Source of the DNA: Gammaproteobacteria bacterium
Lineage (GTDB): Bacteria; Pseudomonadota; Gammaproteobacteria; Pseudomonadales; Cellvibrionaceae
Length of the DNA: 64,000 nucleotides
Reading direction: 5' to 3'
Assembly: GCA_004172865.1 (NCBI GenBank)
Contig: SEBV01000008.1
Location: forward strand, 85,933 to 149,932
In this document: positions 36,272-46,800 of the stretch, in pieces
Layout of the letters: the number at the start of each line of letters is the position of its first letter
Numbering within the stretch: the stretch's first letter is position 1
Program-made: the position numbers and the translations under genes
The notes under the pieces: generated by a model
Databases searched by the model: none
What the model saw: only the letters and a program-made list of their open reading frames with translations
What the model was told of the DNA's origin: nothing

Positions 36272-38053
36272 TTAATTGCTGTAAAGCGGCTTAAGTTCAG
36301 CGGATTTTTTCTTTACGTTCCTTTCCTTTCTCGACTCATTCAGTAGTTGTAGAAGTTGATTTGGCTCCCAATCATCTGATGGATGATTACTGTAGAGTAA
36401 TTCGTCCAGCTTTTTGAGTGCTTGCGTTAATTCAATTTTCCCACCAAGTTTTGCAACATCATCAAGTGAATGAATTGAGGCATTTGGCCATTGGAATTTA
36501 GCCCAGCTCAACACGTTTTTGCGTAGCGCTTGTGCATCTCTATTAGCTGCCGCGTGTTTTAATAAATCCCAAATATGTTTTTCTTTTTCGGATACCACAT
36601 CTTCAGAATCGTCCTGATTGTTTTGTAGTGCTTTTAATTTTAATTTCAAATGAATCGCGTAGAGCCCAAGTATCAAAGATAAAATTGCAAAGAAAATAGT
36701 GGCGCCCCACAACCAGGGGTTAATTTTTTCAACAACCACAGGATTACCCGTAGCAGTATTTTCCGTACTAGTTATTTGATTGCTTGCCGCTGTCGCAGCC
36801 GGGTTAACAACAGGTGCAGCATCGCCTAATACATTGATTGTTTTGGCGGGCAGGGTAGCGGTTTTAAGCGATTGAGAGTTTACATCCCACCATTCAACAA
36901 TAATTTCTGGCAGTGTAAATTCGCCACCGCGATTTGGAATAATTGCGATAGTCTCTACGAGAGTGCCTTGAATTCCCTTGGTTGTTTTTTTGTCATTATT
37001 TTGCGGCTGATCGGGATAAAAAGTTACGCCGTCTACGGCTTCTGCGGGCAAGGGCGGAATTTGTCCGCCGGTTAAACCATCGGCAGCAACAGTAATAGTG
37101 CGGGTGACAGGTTCGCCAACTTTTAAATGATCCAGACCCGTGCTCCAGGTTTCGCTGAGTGTGAGATTGCTAGCCGGCAGCCAAGATTTTCCAGCAGCTT
37201 GTGCCGGTACGGGTTTTACGGTGATGTGTTGCTCTTCAGTGGGCAAACGCAAAATATTGGAGCGATTGCGTCCAAAAGGATCGTTCCATAAATCACGCTC
37301 CACGCTCGGCACCACAGAATAAATTAAACTGGGTATGACCAACTCGCCACTTTCCTGCGGGAAAATGGCAAAGTTTTGTTCTTCAATTAAATGTTCCTTG
37401 CCATTTATCACGCTAATAAATTGCTTTGGTTTTTCTTCAAGCGGAATGACGATGGCATTTTTAATTTCGAGAGGCTGAAGCTGGGTTTGATTTAAATTAA
37501 CTTTAGAAACTATTTGAATTTTTACGTGAATTTGTTCCTGAACAAACACGTTATTCTTATTTACTTCTATAGCGACACGAACTGGTTCATCGCCGGTTGT
37601 AGTGGTCGTTTGCGTTTGTTTGCTGACTTTGATTTCAATTGCGTCACTTACGGATTTATCCACGGTAAATGATGGAATCAACAGTGAACCTGCGCGCTTC
37701 GGTGCAAGTGTCAGTTGCCATACTTTTTTAAATTCAGCACCGTTGTTTGAGATGGACGTAAACTGGCTTTCATTGTTGGACAATATTTCAAAATCATTTT
37801 TTAAAAGACTGAAGTCGGGTTTGTTGCTTACACGTGAATCTGCCGATACTGTAAGTGTAAAAGTTTCTTGAATGCTAAGAGTGTCGCGATCAACGCTTGC
37901 AGTGAGTTGATCGGCAAAAACGCTTGATGCAAGGAAGAGATTAGCCAGCAAAAATAGCGATAGAACGGATCTGAGTCTAAAAAAGCGCAGCGCTCCAGAT
38001 AAGCGTGCTGCCAATAAATAATTTGTAAAGTTAGTCATAGTCTTTATCGTCAT
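36272..38053 (-). CDS. batD: BatD-like (oxygen-tolerance family) membrane protein
   Basis: 593 aa with a signal peptide and a late TM. It is the last gene of the MoxR/VWA operon, and its domain order is typical of BatD. Confidence 0.7.
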   Translation of the reverse strand: MTIKTMTNFTNYLLAARLSGALRFFRLRSVLSLFLLANLFLASSVFADQLTASVDRDTLSIQETFTLTVSADSRVSNKPDFSLLKNDFEILSNNESQFTSISNNGAEFKKVWQLTLAPKRAGSLLIPSFTVDKSVSDAIEIKVSKQTQTTTTTGDEPVRVAIEVNKNNVFVQEQIHVKIQIVSKVNLNQTQLQPLEIKNAIVIPLEEKPKQFISVINGKEHLIEEQNFAIFPQESGELVIPSLIYSVVPSVERDLWNDPFGRNRSNILRLPTEEQHITVKPVPAQAAGKSWLPASNLTLSETWSTGLDHLKVGEPVTRTITVAADGLTGGQIPPLPAEAVDGVTFYPDQPQNNDKKTTKGIQGTLVETIAIIPNRGGEFTLPEIIVEWWDVNSQSLKTATLPAKTINVLGDAAPVVNPAATAASNQITSTENTATGNPVVVEKINPWLWGATIFFAILSLILGLYAIHLKLKLKALQNNQDDSEDVVSEKEKHIWDLLKHAAANRDAQALRKNVLSWAKFQWPNASIHSLDDVAKLGGKIELTQALKKLDELLYSNHPSDDWEPNQLLQLLNESRKERNVKKKSAELKPLYSN

Positions 38054-38059
38054 TGTTAA

Positions 38060-40042
38060 TTACAAACGTTGATCAGCGCCATTTGCGGGTGATTTCAATT
38101 CACCCTCGGCCTGTTTCTGGCGATTGAGTTGATACTGGTATTTAAATTTATTACGCAATAAACCACCCGGATCATCCGGTACGCGGCGCAGCCATTGTTC
38201 GAGCGCCTGCTTTTGCTCATTGCTTAAATTATCTTGTGCAGCCTGTTGCTCATTAATTTCTGAAGCCGTCGCAGAAGAAGCTTGGCTCGCAGATTGTTGC
38301 GCCGGTGTACTTGACGATTGACCTGCCTCTCCTTGATTTCCGGCTGAACTGTGTTGGCCAGACTCGTCACCGGATGAACTTTTGTTGCCACTCGCTGAGC
38401 TGTTGCTATTACCTTGCTGATCTTTTTGATCTTGCTTGTCTTTGTTACTTTGATCTTGTTTGTTTTCATCTTTGTTGTTGGGATCTTGCTTGCTATCTTT
38501 ATCCTGCTGATCGCTTTTGTCGCCATCTTTCTGTTGTTGGTTTTGTTGATCCTGGTCTTTTTGATCTTTGTTTTTATCGTCCTGATTTTTATCCTTATCA
38601 TCTTTGTTTTGATCCTTTTGCTGATCTTTATTCTTTTGTTGCTCTTTCTGTTGCTTCAAAAGTTTTTCAGCAAGGTCGCGATTTTTTTTGGCATCTTCCA
38701 AATTTGCATCGCGCTTTAAGGCTTCATCGTAAGCTCTGATTGCGTCTTCCAATTTTCCAGCTTTAGCCAAAGCGTTGCCGCGATTGTAATGACCATTGGC
38801 GGTATCGATTTTGGCAAAATTCTGCGCGGCGCCAACATAATCACCCGCGCGATATTGTGCAGATGCTTTCCATTCAGGTGATTCAAAATTTTCAGCAGCT
38901 TTTTTTGCATCGCCATTTTTGAGTTCACGTTCTGCCTGTTGGTTTTTGGTTAACCAAATGTCATCTAAACCAAATGCGTAGCTTTGTGACGGCGTGAAGC
39001 CAATTAATGGAATGAGTAGCAAGGTGAAAAGCAGGCCGCGCCTGAAACAAAATAAAACGATGGGCAGTAATAAAAATACCAGCCAGTGACCTTGATCTAT
39101 CCACTGATCAAAATCACGTTGGAGTTTTTGCTGATCTTTGTCGTCTTTGCTTTCGCGAGGTTTTAAAAACTCTATATCGCTATTGTTGTTGGCGATTTCG
39201 TGGTAGCGGCCATTCACACTTTCCGCTAACTGCGTTAATTCGGCGCTGTTTAATTGAGTGGTGAGAATTGCACCCGCATTATCGCGCAAGAATCCGCCGT
39301 TGGTGGTAGGAATAGGTGTGGGCTGAGTGGTGCCGACACCTAGAATATTCAATTCGACTTTTTGGCCTGCCAACAAGGTACGAATTTTTTCGAAAGCCTC
39401 TGGTACTACGCCATCGGTGACTAATAATAAATCGCCTTTGGTTGCGCCGGCATCGTGTAATAACTGGATTCCGCGTGCTACGGCATCTTCGGTATTGCTG
39501 CCTTGCAAGGGCATAATATTGGGATGCATTGACGACAATAAACTTACAATGGTGGCGCTGTCGTCGCTCAATGGTGTAACTGTGTGAGCTTCTCCGGCAT
39601 AAGCGACTAATGCAGTTTGTCCGTCTTTTCGTTCGCGCAATACATCGGCAATTTTCAAACGCGCGCGCGCAATGCGTGACGGTTTTATATCTTCGCTGAT
39701 CATTGAGTAGGAAAGGTCGAGCAAGATCACCAACGCATTTTGATTTTTTTCGACGGGAGTAGGGCGCTTAATCCAGGATGGACCCGCGATGGCGACGCTA
39801 CCAATAATCCATGCGAATAATAAAAACCAAATAAGCGATTTTTTGGTTTGTGTGGTTTTACCGTCGATAAGAAAGGGTAAAAGTTCAGGTGCAATTAATT
39901 GCTGCCATTGATGTGCGTGACGCTTTTTCTGCCAGAGAAAAATACTAAACAGCAAAGCTGGAATAATACCGATCAGCCACATAGGACGTAGCCAATGAAA
40001 TTGCGTAGTCATTAACTGTAATTGTTCGAGCAAGAAGTTCAT
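38060..40042 (-). CDS. batB: VWA-domain membrane protein fused to TPR repeats (BatB/BatC-like) with a K/D/Q/N/S low-complexity tail
   Basis: N-terminal TMs. VWA MIDAS (LLDLSYSM), a TPR block (YNRGNALAKAGKLEDAIRAYDEALK), then about 150 aa of low-complexity sequence. Confidence 0.8.
   Translation of the reverse strand: MNFLLEQLQLMTTQFHWLRPMWLIGIIPALLFSIFLWQKKRHAHQWQQLIAPELLPFLIDGKTTQTKKSLIWFLLFAWIIGSVAIAGPSWIKRPTPVEKNQNALVILLDLSYSMISEDIKPSRIARARLKIADVLRERKDGQTALVAYAGEAHTVTPLSDDSATIVSLLSSMHPNIMPLQGSNTEDAVARGIQLLHDAGATKGDLLLVTDGVVPEAFEKIRTLLAGQKVELNILGVGTTQPTPIPTTNGGFLRDNAGAILTTQLNSAELTQLAESVNGRYHEIANNNSDIEFLKPRESKDDKDQQKLQRDFDQWIDQGHWLVFLLLPIVLFCFRRGLLFTLLLIPLIGFTPSQSYAFGLDDIWLTKNQQAERELKNGDAKKAAENFESPEWKASAQYRAGDYVGAAQNFAKIDTANGHYNRGNALAKAGKLEDAIRAYDEALKRDANLEDAKKNRDLAEKLLKQQKEQQKNKDQQKDQNKDDKDKNQDDKNKDQKDQDQQNQQQKDGDKSDQQDKDSKQDPNNKDENKQDQSNKDKQDQKDQQGNSNSSASGNKSSSGDESGQHSSAGNQGEAGQSSSTPAQQSASQASSATASEINEQQAAQDNLSNEQKQALEQWLRRVPDDPGGLLRNKFKYQYQLNRQKQAEGELKSPANGADQRL
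38225..38665. repeat. Low-complexity, cryptically repetitive coding DNA (GATCTTT/TTGTT-type units) encoding the K/D/Q-rich BatB tail
   Basis: Several artefactual ORFs open on both strands here (38224-38601, 38305-38739, 38414-38719). This is the signature of simple-sequence DNA. Confidence 0.8.
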
Positions 40043-41058
40043 TATGCAACTCCTTGTGTGCGTTCGCTGTTTTTGGCGTTAGGCAAAATTGAAATTAATG
40101 CCCAAGTTAAACTTAATAAAAACGCTACAGCGAGCGGATAATAAAAAAGACTGTTTATGGGACGGAATTTTTCTTCTTCAGATTCAATCGGCTCCAACCG
40201 ATTTAGCATTTGGTGAACTTCACCAAGTTCTTCTAAATTACGCGCACGGAAATATTGTCCACCGGTTTTTTCGGCGATAGCTTTCATCGTGGGTTCATCT
40301 AAATCCGCTGAGGGATTTACAACTCGTGAACCAAAAAATCCATTGTTCACAAGCATTTCATCTGCGCCAAAACCAATAGTGTAAATTTTAACGTGCTCTT
40401 TTTCTGCAAGCTCCGCTGCTTTAACAGGTTCAAGTTCGCCAGCGGTATTGGCGCCGTCGGTTAACACAATGAGAACACGTTGGGCGTCGGGGCGAGCGCG
40501 TAATCTTTTTATGGAAAGGCCGATTGCATCGCCGATGGATGTTTGATCTCCCGCAAAACCAATTTCGGTTTCTTGCAATAAGGTATTTACGGTTTGGCGA
40601 TCATAAGTCAGTGGCGCTTGCAGATAAGCTTGTGTTCCAAATAACACCAAACCAAGCCGGTCGCTTTTGCGATTTTTCACAAAATCACCCACCACCATTT
40701 TTACGGCATCCAGCCGTCTTATGGCGTGATTCTGGTATTTCATATCTTCAATTTTCATACTGCCGGAAATATCCACAGCAATTAATAAATCACGGCCACT
40801 ATTGGGAATGCTAATCGGCTCACCAATCCATTGTGGATTCGCAGCGGCCAATACTAAGCCCGCCCAAATTAACCAAAGCAGTAAAGCGCTGGCACGTTTC
40901 TGTGAACGCAACGAGTTGGTCTTGGTTTCCAGTGTTTGTACCTGCGCAAAAAATGGAACACGCAATGCAGCATCTTCTTTTTTTTGCGCAGGCAATAAAA
41001 TAATTAATAGCGGTAAAGGTAAAAGGGCGAGTAGCCAGGGCCATTGCAATTCAAACAT
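40042..41058 (-). CDS. batA: VWA-domain membrane protein BatA-like
   Basis: The start at 41058 (MFELQWPWLLALLPLPLL) overlaps the upstream stop (ATGTTTGA). VWA MIDAS motif AVDISGSM. Its stop overlaps the batB start (TAATG). Confidence 0.8.
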   Translation of the reverse strand: MFELQWPWLLALLPLPLLIILLPAQKKEDAALRVPFFAQVQTLETKTNSLRSQKRASALLLWLIWAGLVLAAANPQWIGEPISIPNSGRDLLIAVDISGSMKIEDMKYQNHAIRRLDAVKMVVGDFVKNRKSDRLGLVLFGTQAYLQAPLTYDRQTVNTLLQETEIGFAGDQTSIGDAIGLSIKRLRARPDAQRVLIVLTDGANTAGELEPVKAAELAEKEHVKIYTIGFGADEMLVNNGFFGSRVVNPSADLDEPTMKAIAEKTGGQYFRARNLEELGEVHQMLNRLEPIESEEEKFRPINSLFYYPLAVAFLLSLTWALISILPNAKNSERTQGVA

Positions 41059-41638
41059 GAGTGGCAACCTCGCTGATCTTCTCTTCTTTTTTATTCTTCT
41101 GTTTGCGCGATTTTTGCCATTGATTACGATGCTCTTTGACCCACAACACACTAAGCGCTTGCAATTCATTGCGATTAAATTCCGGGCTTTTTTGGTAAGG
41201 CCCAATTAACAACGCAGTGCCTACGCCTTGGCTAAATTGGTGTTTGGTTTTTGGGCATTGATCGTCCAGCCATTCGAGCCATTCCCGTCCTTTTAAGCTC
41301 GCGTTGAATTGTGAACCAAAACCGCTTAATGCCGTGCGGCGTAAAATAATACTCACGGCCTGTAAATATTCAGAATTTTGCTCTTCGTTATATTTACTTT
41401 GCGTGTTATTTAATTCGGAAAGTGCTAGAGCGCGATAAGCATTACGCGATTTTTTTCGATTAATGAAAAATATCAGCGCGCTTACACTTGCAATAATGAT
41501 TATTGCTAATAACCACCAACCCCAAGCTGGCGGCCACAAGCCGATTTCTGCAGGCAGGTGAATATCTTGCAGCTCCGCAAGCGGATCTTGCGCTGCAGCG
41601 TTTTGTGGTGAAAGAGTGGATGGATCTTTCGGTGTCAT
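41051..41638 (-). CDS. DUF4381-like membrane protein
   Basis: LPAEIGLWPPAWGWWLL plus a single TM, at the conserved position between DUF58 and BatA. Confidence 0.65.
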   Translation of the reverse strand: MTPKDPSTLSPQNAAAQDPLAELQDIHLPAEIGLWPPAWGWWLLAIIIIASVSALIFFINRKKSRNAYRALALSELNNTQSKYNEEQNSEYLQAVSIILRRTALSGFGSQFNASLKGREWLEWLDDQCPKTKHQFSQGVGTALLIGPYQKSPEFNRNELQALSVLWVKEHRNQWQKSRKQKNKKEEKISEVATHV

Positions 41639-41643
41639 AGTCG

Positions 41644-42603
41644 TTATTTTTTCGCCGCAAATCGTTCGCGCAGCAATTGCTGCAAGTTATCGGTAGTTGA
41701 ATAAGACAATAATGGAATGCCTAAACGTTTCGCGCTGTTCGTTAAAAAATCCAGGCGTTGCATATAGGCATTTTGATAGGCTTGTTGAAAACGCGAGTCA
41801 TCGGTTGGCAACTGCAAGCGCGATACGCCATCACTGATGGTTAAGCGATTATTGCTGTGCAATTGTTTTTCGAGCGGATCAAGCACATGAATTAAAGTGA
41901 CATCGGTATGGCGCGCCAACTCAAATAATTGTTGCTCGCAACTTTCATCGTAATCGTGGAAATCGCTCACCATAAATAACGCGCAGCCAGGTTTAGCAAT
42001 ACGGCGTGCATCATTTAAAAGTGCGCTTAAAGGTTTGCTGTCTGCAGGCGAAATCGGCGATTGTAATTGCTGATTAAATTCTTGCAGCTGATGCAACAAT
42101 TCTAAAACTGCATGTTTGCTTCGACGCGGGCGAATATCTCGTTGCGATTTATCGCCAAAAATTAATCCGCCGATGCGATCACTATTATTCAGCGCAGCCC
42201 ACGCCAGATTTGCAGCGATGTGCGCGGCCAGCACAGATTTGAAACAACGTTGGCTGCCGAAAAACATAGGTGCACGCTGATCGACCAATACAAACACAGG
42301 GCGCTCGCGTTCTTCGCGATACAACTTGGTGTGTGGCACTTGCGTACGCGCTGTTACTCGCCAATCAATACTGCGTACATCGTCGCCGGCTTGGTAGAGG
42401 CGAACTTCTTCAAAGTCCATGCCGCGCCCGCGAAAACGAGTTCGCTCGGCACCGTTAAGCTGGCTTTTTACGGCGCGCTTAACAAAGAGTTTTAAATCCT
42501 GCGCGGCAAAACGCAATCGCAATAAATTGGCGAGATTGACGTAAGCGCCAGTAGGATTTAAGTGCGCGAGTTGATCGCTGATTTTTAGTCCATTCGCTTG
42601 CAT
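41644..42603 (-). CDS. DUF58 protein (VWA-like partner of MoxR)
   Basis: GRGMDFEEVRLYQAGDDVRSIDW is the hallmark DUF58 motif. Confidence 0.85.
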   Translation of the reverse strand: MQANGLKISDQLAHLNPTGAYVNLANLLRLRFAAQDLKLFVKRAVKSQLNGAERTRFRGRGMDFEEVRLYQAGDDVRSIDWRVTARTQVPHTKLYREERERPVFVLVDQRAPMFFGSQRCFKSVLAAHIAANLAWAALNNSDRIGGLIFGDKSQRDIRPRRSKHAVLELLHQLQEFNQQLQSPISPADSKPLSALLNDARRIAKPGCALFMVSDFHDYDESCEQQLFELARHTDVTLIHVLDPLEKQLHSNNRLTISDGVSRLQLPTDDSRFQQAYQNAYMQRLDFLTNSAKRLGIPLLSYSTTDNLQQLLRERFAAKK

Positions 42604-42608
42604 AAGTT

Positions 42609-43568
42609 TTACGCCAAAGGCACTGAGCTTAAAAGTTTATCTATAACTTTATCGCTATTGATGCCGCTTGCTTCGGCTTCAAAACTTAAAATCAAACGGT
42701 GACGCAAGCAGTCGTGAATAACCGCTTGAACATCATCGGGGCTGACAAAGTCTTTACCTTGCAACCAGGCGTAGGCACGAGCGCAACGGTCAAGTGCGAT
42801 AGTGCCGCGCGGGCTCGCGCCGTACTCAAGCATTTCACCTAAATCAGCGCTGTACTGCGTTGGCCGGCGAGTCGCGTTAATCAATTGCACGATATATTCT
42901 TCAACGCTGGCAGCCATGTGCAATTCAAGGATTTCTTTACGCGCCGCCATTAAGGTCGTTTGCGTTATAGTTGTTGGCGTTGCCGTGGGAATGAAAGCAG
43001 CTTCGTTGCGCACTAATTGCAGAATGCGGCGCTCGGCGGCTACGTCCGGGTAATCTACATTTACATGTAATAAGAAGCGGTCGAGTTGGGCTTCTGGAAG
43101 TGGGTATGTGCCTTCTTGTTCGATGGGGTTTTGGGTCGCCATCACCATAAATAATGCGGGTAGCGGATAAGTTTTACTGCCCACACTCACTTGCCGCTCG
43201 GCCATGGCTTCCAAAAGCGCAGACTGAACCTTGGCTGGTGCGCGGTTAATTTCATCGGCTAATACGAGATTATGGAATATCGGGCCGGGCTGGAATTCAA
43301 AAGTGCCTTGTTGTGGGCGATAAATATCTGTACCTGTGACATCGGCCGGTAGCAAATCTGGCGTAAATTGGATGCGGTGGAAGTCGCCTTCAATCGCTTG
43401 GGCCAAAGTTTTAATGGCTTTGGTTTTTGCCAAACCGGGAGCGCCTTCGACTAATAAGTGACCATCGGCCAGCAGTGCAATCAGTAAACGCTCAACCAAA
43501 TGTTCCTGGCCAATAATTTGATCATTCATCCAGAGCTTTAAGTTTTGGATTTGTTGGAAGTTACTCAT
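42609..43568 (-). CDS. moxR: MoxR-family AAA+ ATPase
   Basis: EGAPGLAKT Walker A, LADEINRA Walker B, and the MATQNPIEQEGTYPLPEAQLDRF block. Confidence 0.92.
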   Translation of the reverse strand: MSNFQQIQNLKLWMNDQIIGQEHLVERLLIALLADGHLLVEGAPGLAKTKAIKTLAQAIEGDFHRIQFTPDLLPADVTGTDIYRPQQGTFEFQPGPIFHNLVLADEINRAPAKVQSALLEAMAERQVSVGSKTYPLPALFMVMATQNPIEQEGTYPLPEAQLDRFLLHVNVDYPDVAAERRILQLVRNEAAFIPTATPTTITQTTLMAARKEILELHMAASVEEYIVQLINATRRPTQYSADLGEMLEYGASPRGTIALDRCARAYAWLQGKDFVSPDDVQAVIHDCLRHRLILSFEAEASGINSDKVIDKLLSSVPLA

Positions 43569-43881
43569 AAACAGGATTGCCTTAAAGTTGAAATCGAAAA
43601 GGTTAAATCGAACAATAAAATTTGTTAGTTAGTAGACCTGATTACCGCTAAGCGCGGCCCATAGACCGCAAGATTTTGAGCCAGTTCCTTTTGAATTCAA
43701 GACTAGAGCTATGTATTTCAATATAGGTTTGGCAGTTAAATGGAATCGAATTTAATTTTCTAGGTCTACCACGTTACGCGATTTTTACCCAGTTCGCCGT
43801 TATGAACTAGGATTAGTGCAAAGCTTTGAATAATACGCTGTTTTTACCATTTCCGGTTTCTAAGAAACGAAAGGAGTTTAT

Positions 43882-46800
43882 GTGAATAGTCAATTGGTTG
43901 CCTCGCAAGACCTGGACACATTTATACAAGATATCAGGCTCTTCGCCGGCGAAAAAATACCCGCCGCAGAACTCCAGGGCTTTATTAAATTTACTGAGTA
44001 CTACTTTTCGCGTTATCCATTGGACGAATTGGCTGGTCGTTATTTAGGCGATGTGTTCGGCAGCGTTTATCAATGGTGGCGATATATTCAACAATTTGAT
44101 GGCGTCCAGCCCAAGGTTAACCTGATTAATCCCAAGCTCGATGTTGAGGGCTGGGTTTGCCCGCATACTTTATTAGTTGTGCAACAAACGGATATGCCAT
44201 TTCTGGTTGATTCCATTCGCATTGAATTGAATCGTCGCAACATCGCCATTCACGCGGTCAAAAGTACAGTGTTGTATGTGGTGCGCGACAACAAGCACCA
44301 ACTGATTGATATCCTTGATGCCTCCGATGTTCAAACGCCTTCCCAAAAAGAAGCCTTCGTCTATTTAGAAATTAATTTGCTAACCCGCAAAGAAGAACTT
44401 GACGATATCACAGAAAGCATACAATCGGTTTTGGCTGAATTGACTATTGTTGTGCGCGACTTTAAACCCATGCTCGAAGCCGTCGCTGCGGCTGAAGAAA
44501 ATTTAAGTCATGCGGAAAAATCTGTCACTGTCGCAAATGTTGGTGAGAGTCGCGAATTTCTAGCGTGGCTGCAAAATAATAATTTTACTTTTTTAGGTTA
44601 CAGCGAATACGAATTCGGTGAAAACAACGGCAAGAAATTCCTGCAGGAAAAAGTTGATAAACGTTTAGGTTTATTTGCCCACAAAGGCGGTGAAGCAAAT
44701 TATTCAGACGCTGAAGATTTAAATTCAGGTATGGCTCGTTTTCACCTTGCGCCACAAGTATTAACTTTTTCAAAATCTTCAGTGCGCTCGCGCATTCACC
44801 GCCAAGCCTATTCCGATTATGTGGTGGTAAAACAATTTAATGATAAAGGCGATGTAATTGGTGAGGCGCGTTTTCTCGGCTTATATACCTCAAGCGTCTA
44901 CATAGTATCGCCCAGCACCATTCCGCTTATTCGCCATAAAGTCAGCAAAGTATTCGAGCGTACGGGTTTGAATCCCTACAGTCATGATGGAAAATCCCTG
45001 CAACAAATTTTGGATACTTTTCCACGTGACGAACTGTTTTTGAGTAATAGCTCAGAATTGTTTGAAATGTCTACCGCGATTGCGCGTATTAACGAACGTT
45101 ATATGGTTCGCTTGTTTATGCGGCGCGATCCTTTCGGAAAATTTGTCAGCTGTTTGGTCTACGTTCCAAGAGATGTTTTCACAACACAAATGCGCTTGAA
45201 GTTTCAAGCGATAATAGGGCAAGCCATTAATTCTACGGAATCTGAATTTAATACTTATTTTTCTGATTCCATTTTGGCGCGCGTGCATCTGGTATTTAAA
45301 TTAGATCAGAATTTGCCGTTGGATTACGATCAGGAAAAACTTGAACGGCAAATTCGTGAAATTACCCGCTCGTGGGAAGATCATTTGCAAGCGTCGTTGG
45401 TGGAATCCCACGGCGAAGAAAAAGCTATGCGGTTGTTGCAGGAATATCGCGATGCGTTTTCGTCATCTTATAAAGAATATTTTGAATCGCGCACCGCTGT
45501 TCACGATATTGCCTCTGTCGGTGAATTAAAAACCAGCGATGACATTGCAATGAGTTTCTATCAGCCAGTGGGCGCAGAAACCAATATTGTTCGCTTTAAG
45601 ATTTTTCGTAAAACACAGACCATTGAATTGTCGGATGCGATTCCGGTACTGGAAAATCTGGGCTTGCGAGTTTTATCTGAAAACCCATACGCAATCCACA
45701 CCAAAACAGAAGGCGTTATTTGGCTGCACGATTTTAAGTTAAGTTACAACCTACCCGGTGTGATCGATGTTTTAGCGGTTAAAGATATTTTTCAGGAAGC
45801 TTTTTCAGCCATTTGGCATAAGCACACCGTTAATGACTCCTTCAATAAGTTGGTTCTGAGCGCTGAACTTAATTGGCGAGAAGTTTTTGTATTGCGTGCT
45901 TATGCAGGCTACATGCATCAAACCTTGTTTCCATTCACTGAACATTACATTGCCAATGCATTGGTTAACCAACGTGAAATTGCGCGTTCATTAATCGATT
46001 TGTTCAAAACAAAATTCGATCCAGACAGTCCTCTCTCTATTGAAGAGCGTGCGGCAAAGGTTAATGAACAAAGTCAGCTGATTGTTAGCAGTCTCAACGC
46101 TGTAAGTAATCTCAACGAAGATCGTATCTTAAGAAGATTCCTGGCATTAATAGATGGCAGCTTGCGCACTAATTATTATCAAGCGTTACCAGATGGCAGC
46201 GCGAAAGATTATTTGTCGATTAAGCTCAGCCCGCGTTCGATTCCAGAAATTCCCGAGCCGCGCCCGCTTTACGAAATATTTGTGTATTCGTTGCGCGTAG
46301 AAGGCGTTCATTTACGTGGTGGCAAAGTGGCGCGCGGTGGTTTGCGCTGGTCAGATCGCTTGCAGGATTATCGCACTGAAGTTTTAGGTTTGGTAAAAGC
46401 CCAACAAGTAAAAAATGCGGTTATTGTTCCTAATGGCGCTAAAGGTGGTTTCGTTTGCAAGCAGCCGCCCCAAACAGGCGGACGTGAAGCGATTCAGCAG
46501 GAAGGCATCGCGTGCTACAAAATATTTATTCGCGGCTTGCTTGATCTCACTGACAATCTTGTCGAGGGCAAATTAGTTTCACCCAAAAATGTGTTGCGCT
46601 ATGACGAGGACGATCCCTATTTAGTAGTGGCTGCGGATAAAGGCACGGCAACTTTTTCAGATATCGCCAATAGCATCTCTGCAGAATACAAACATTGGTT
46701 GGGTGATGCTTTTGCCTCCGGTGGAAGCCAGGGTTACGATCATAAAGGTATGGGTATCACCGCGCGTGGTGCGTGGATTTCCGTAATGCGTCACTTCCGC

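Noticed and set aside
38224-38739. Three overlapping ORFs of 101-144 aa on both strands (38224-38601 on the minus strand, 38305-38739 and 38414-38719 on the plus strand)
   Set aside because: They lie entirely inside the low-complexity tail of the BatB-like gene. Their translations are simple-sequence artefacts (K/I/T-rich or L/F/I-rich) with no start context.
43729-43745. TGGCAGTTAAATGGAA, plus a minus-strand TGGCTC...CTTGC word (43664-43682), in the moxR/gdhB divergent region
   Set aside because: The first lacks GC at -12. The second has GG-GC spacing one nucleotide too long.
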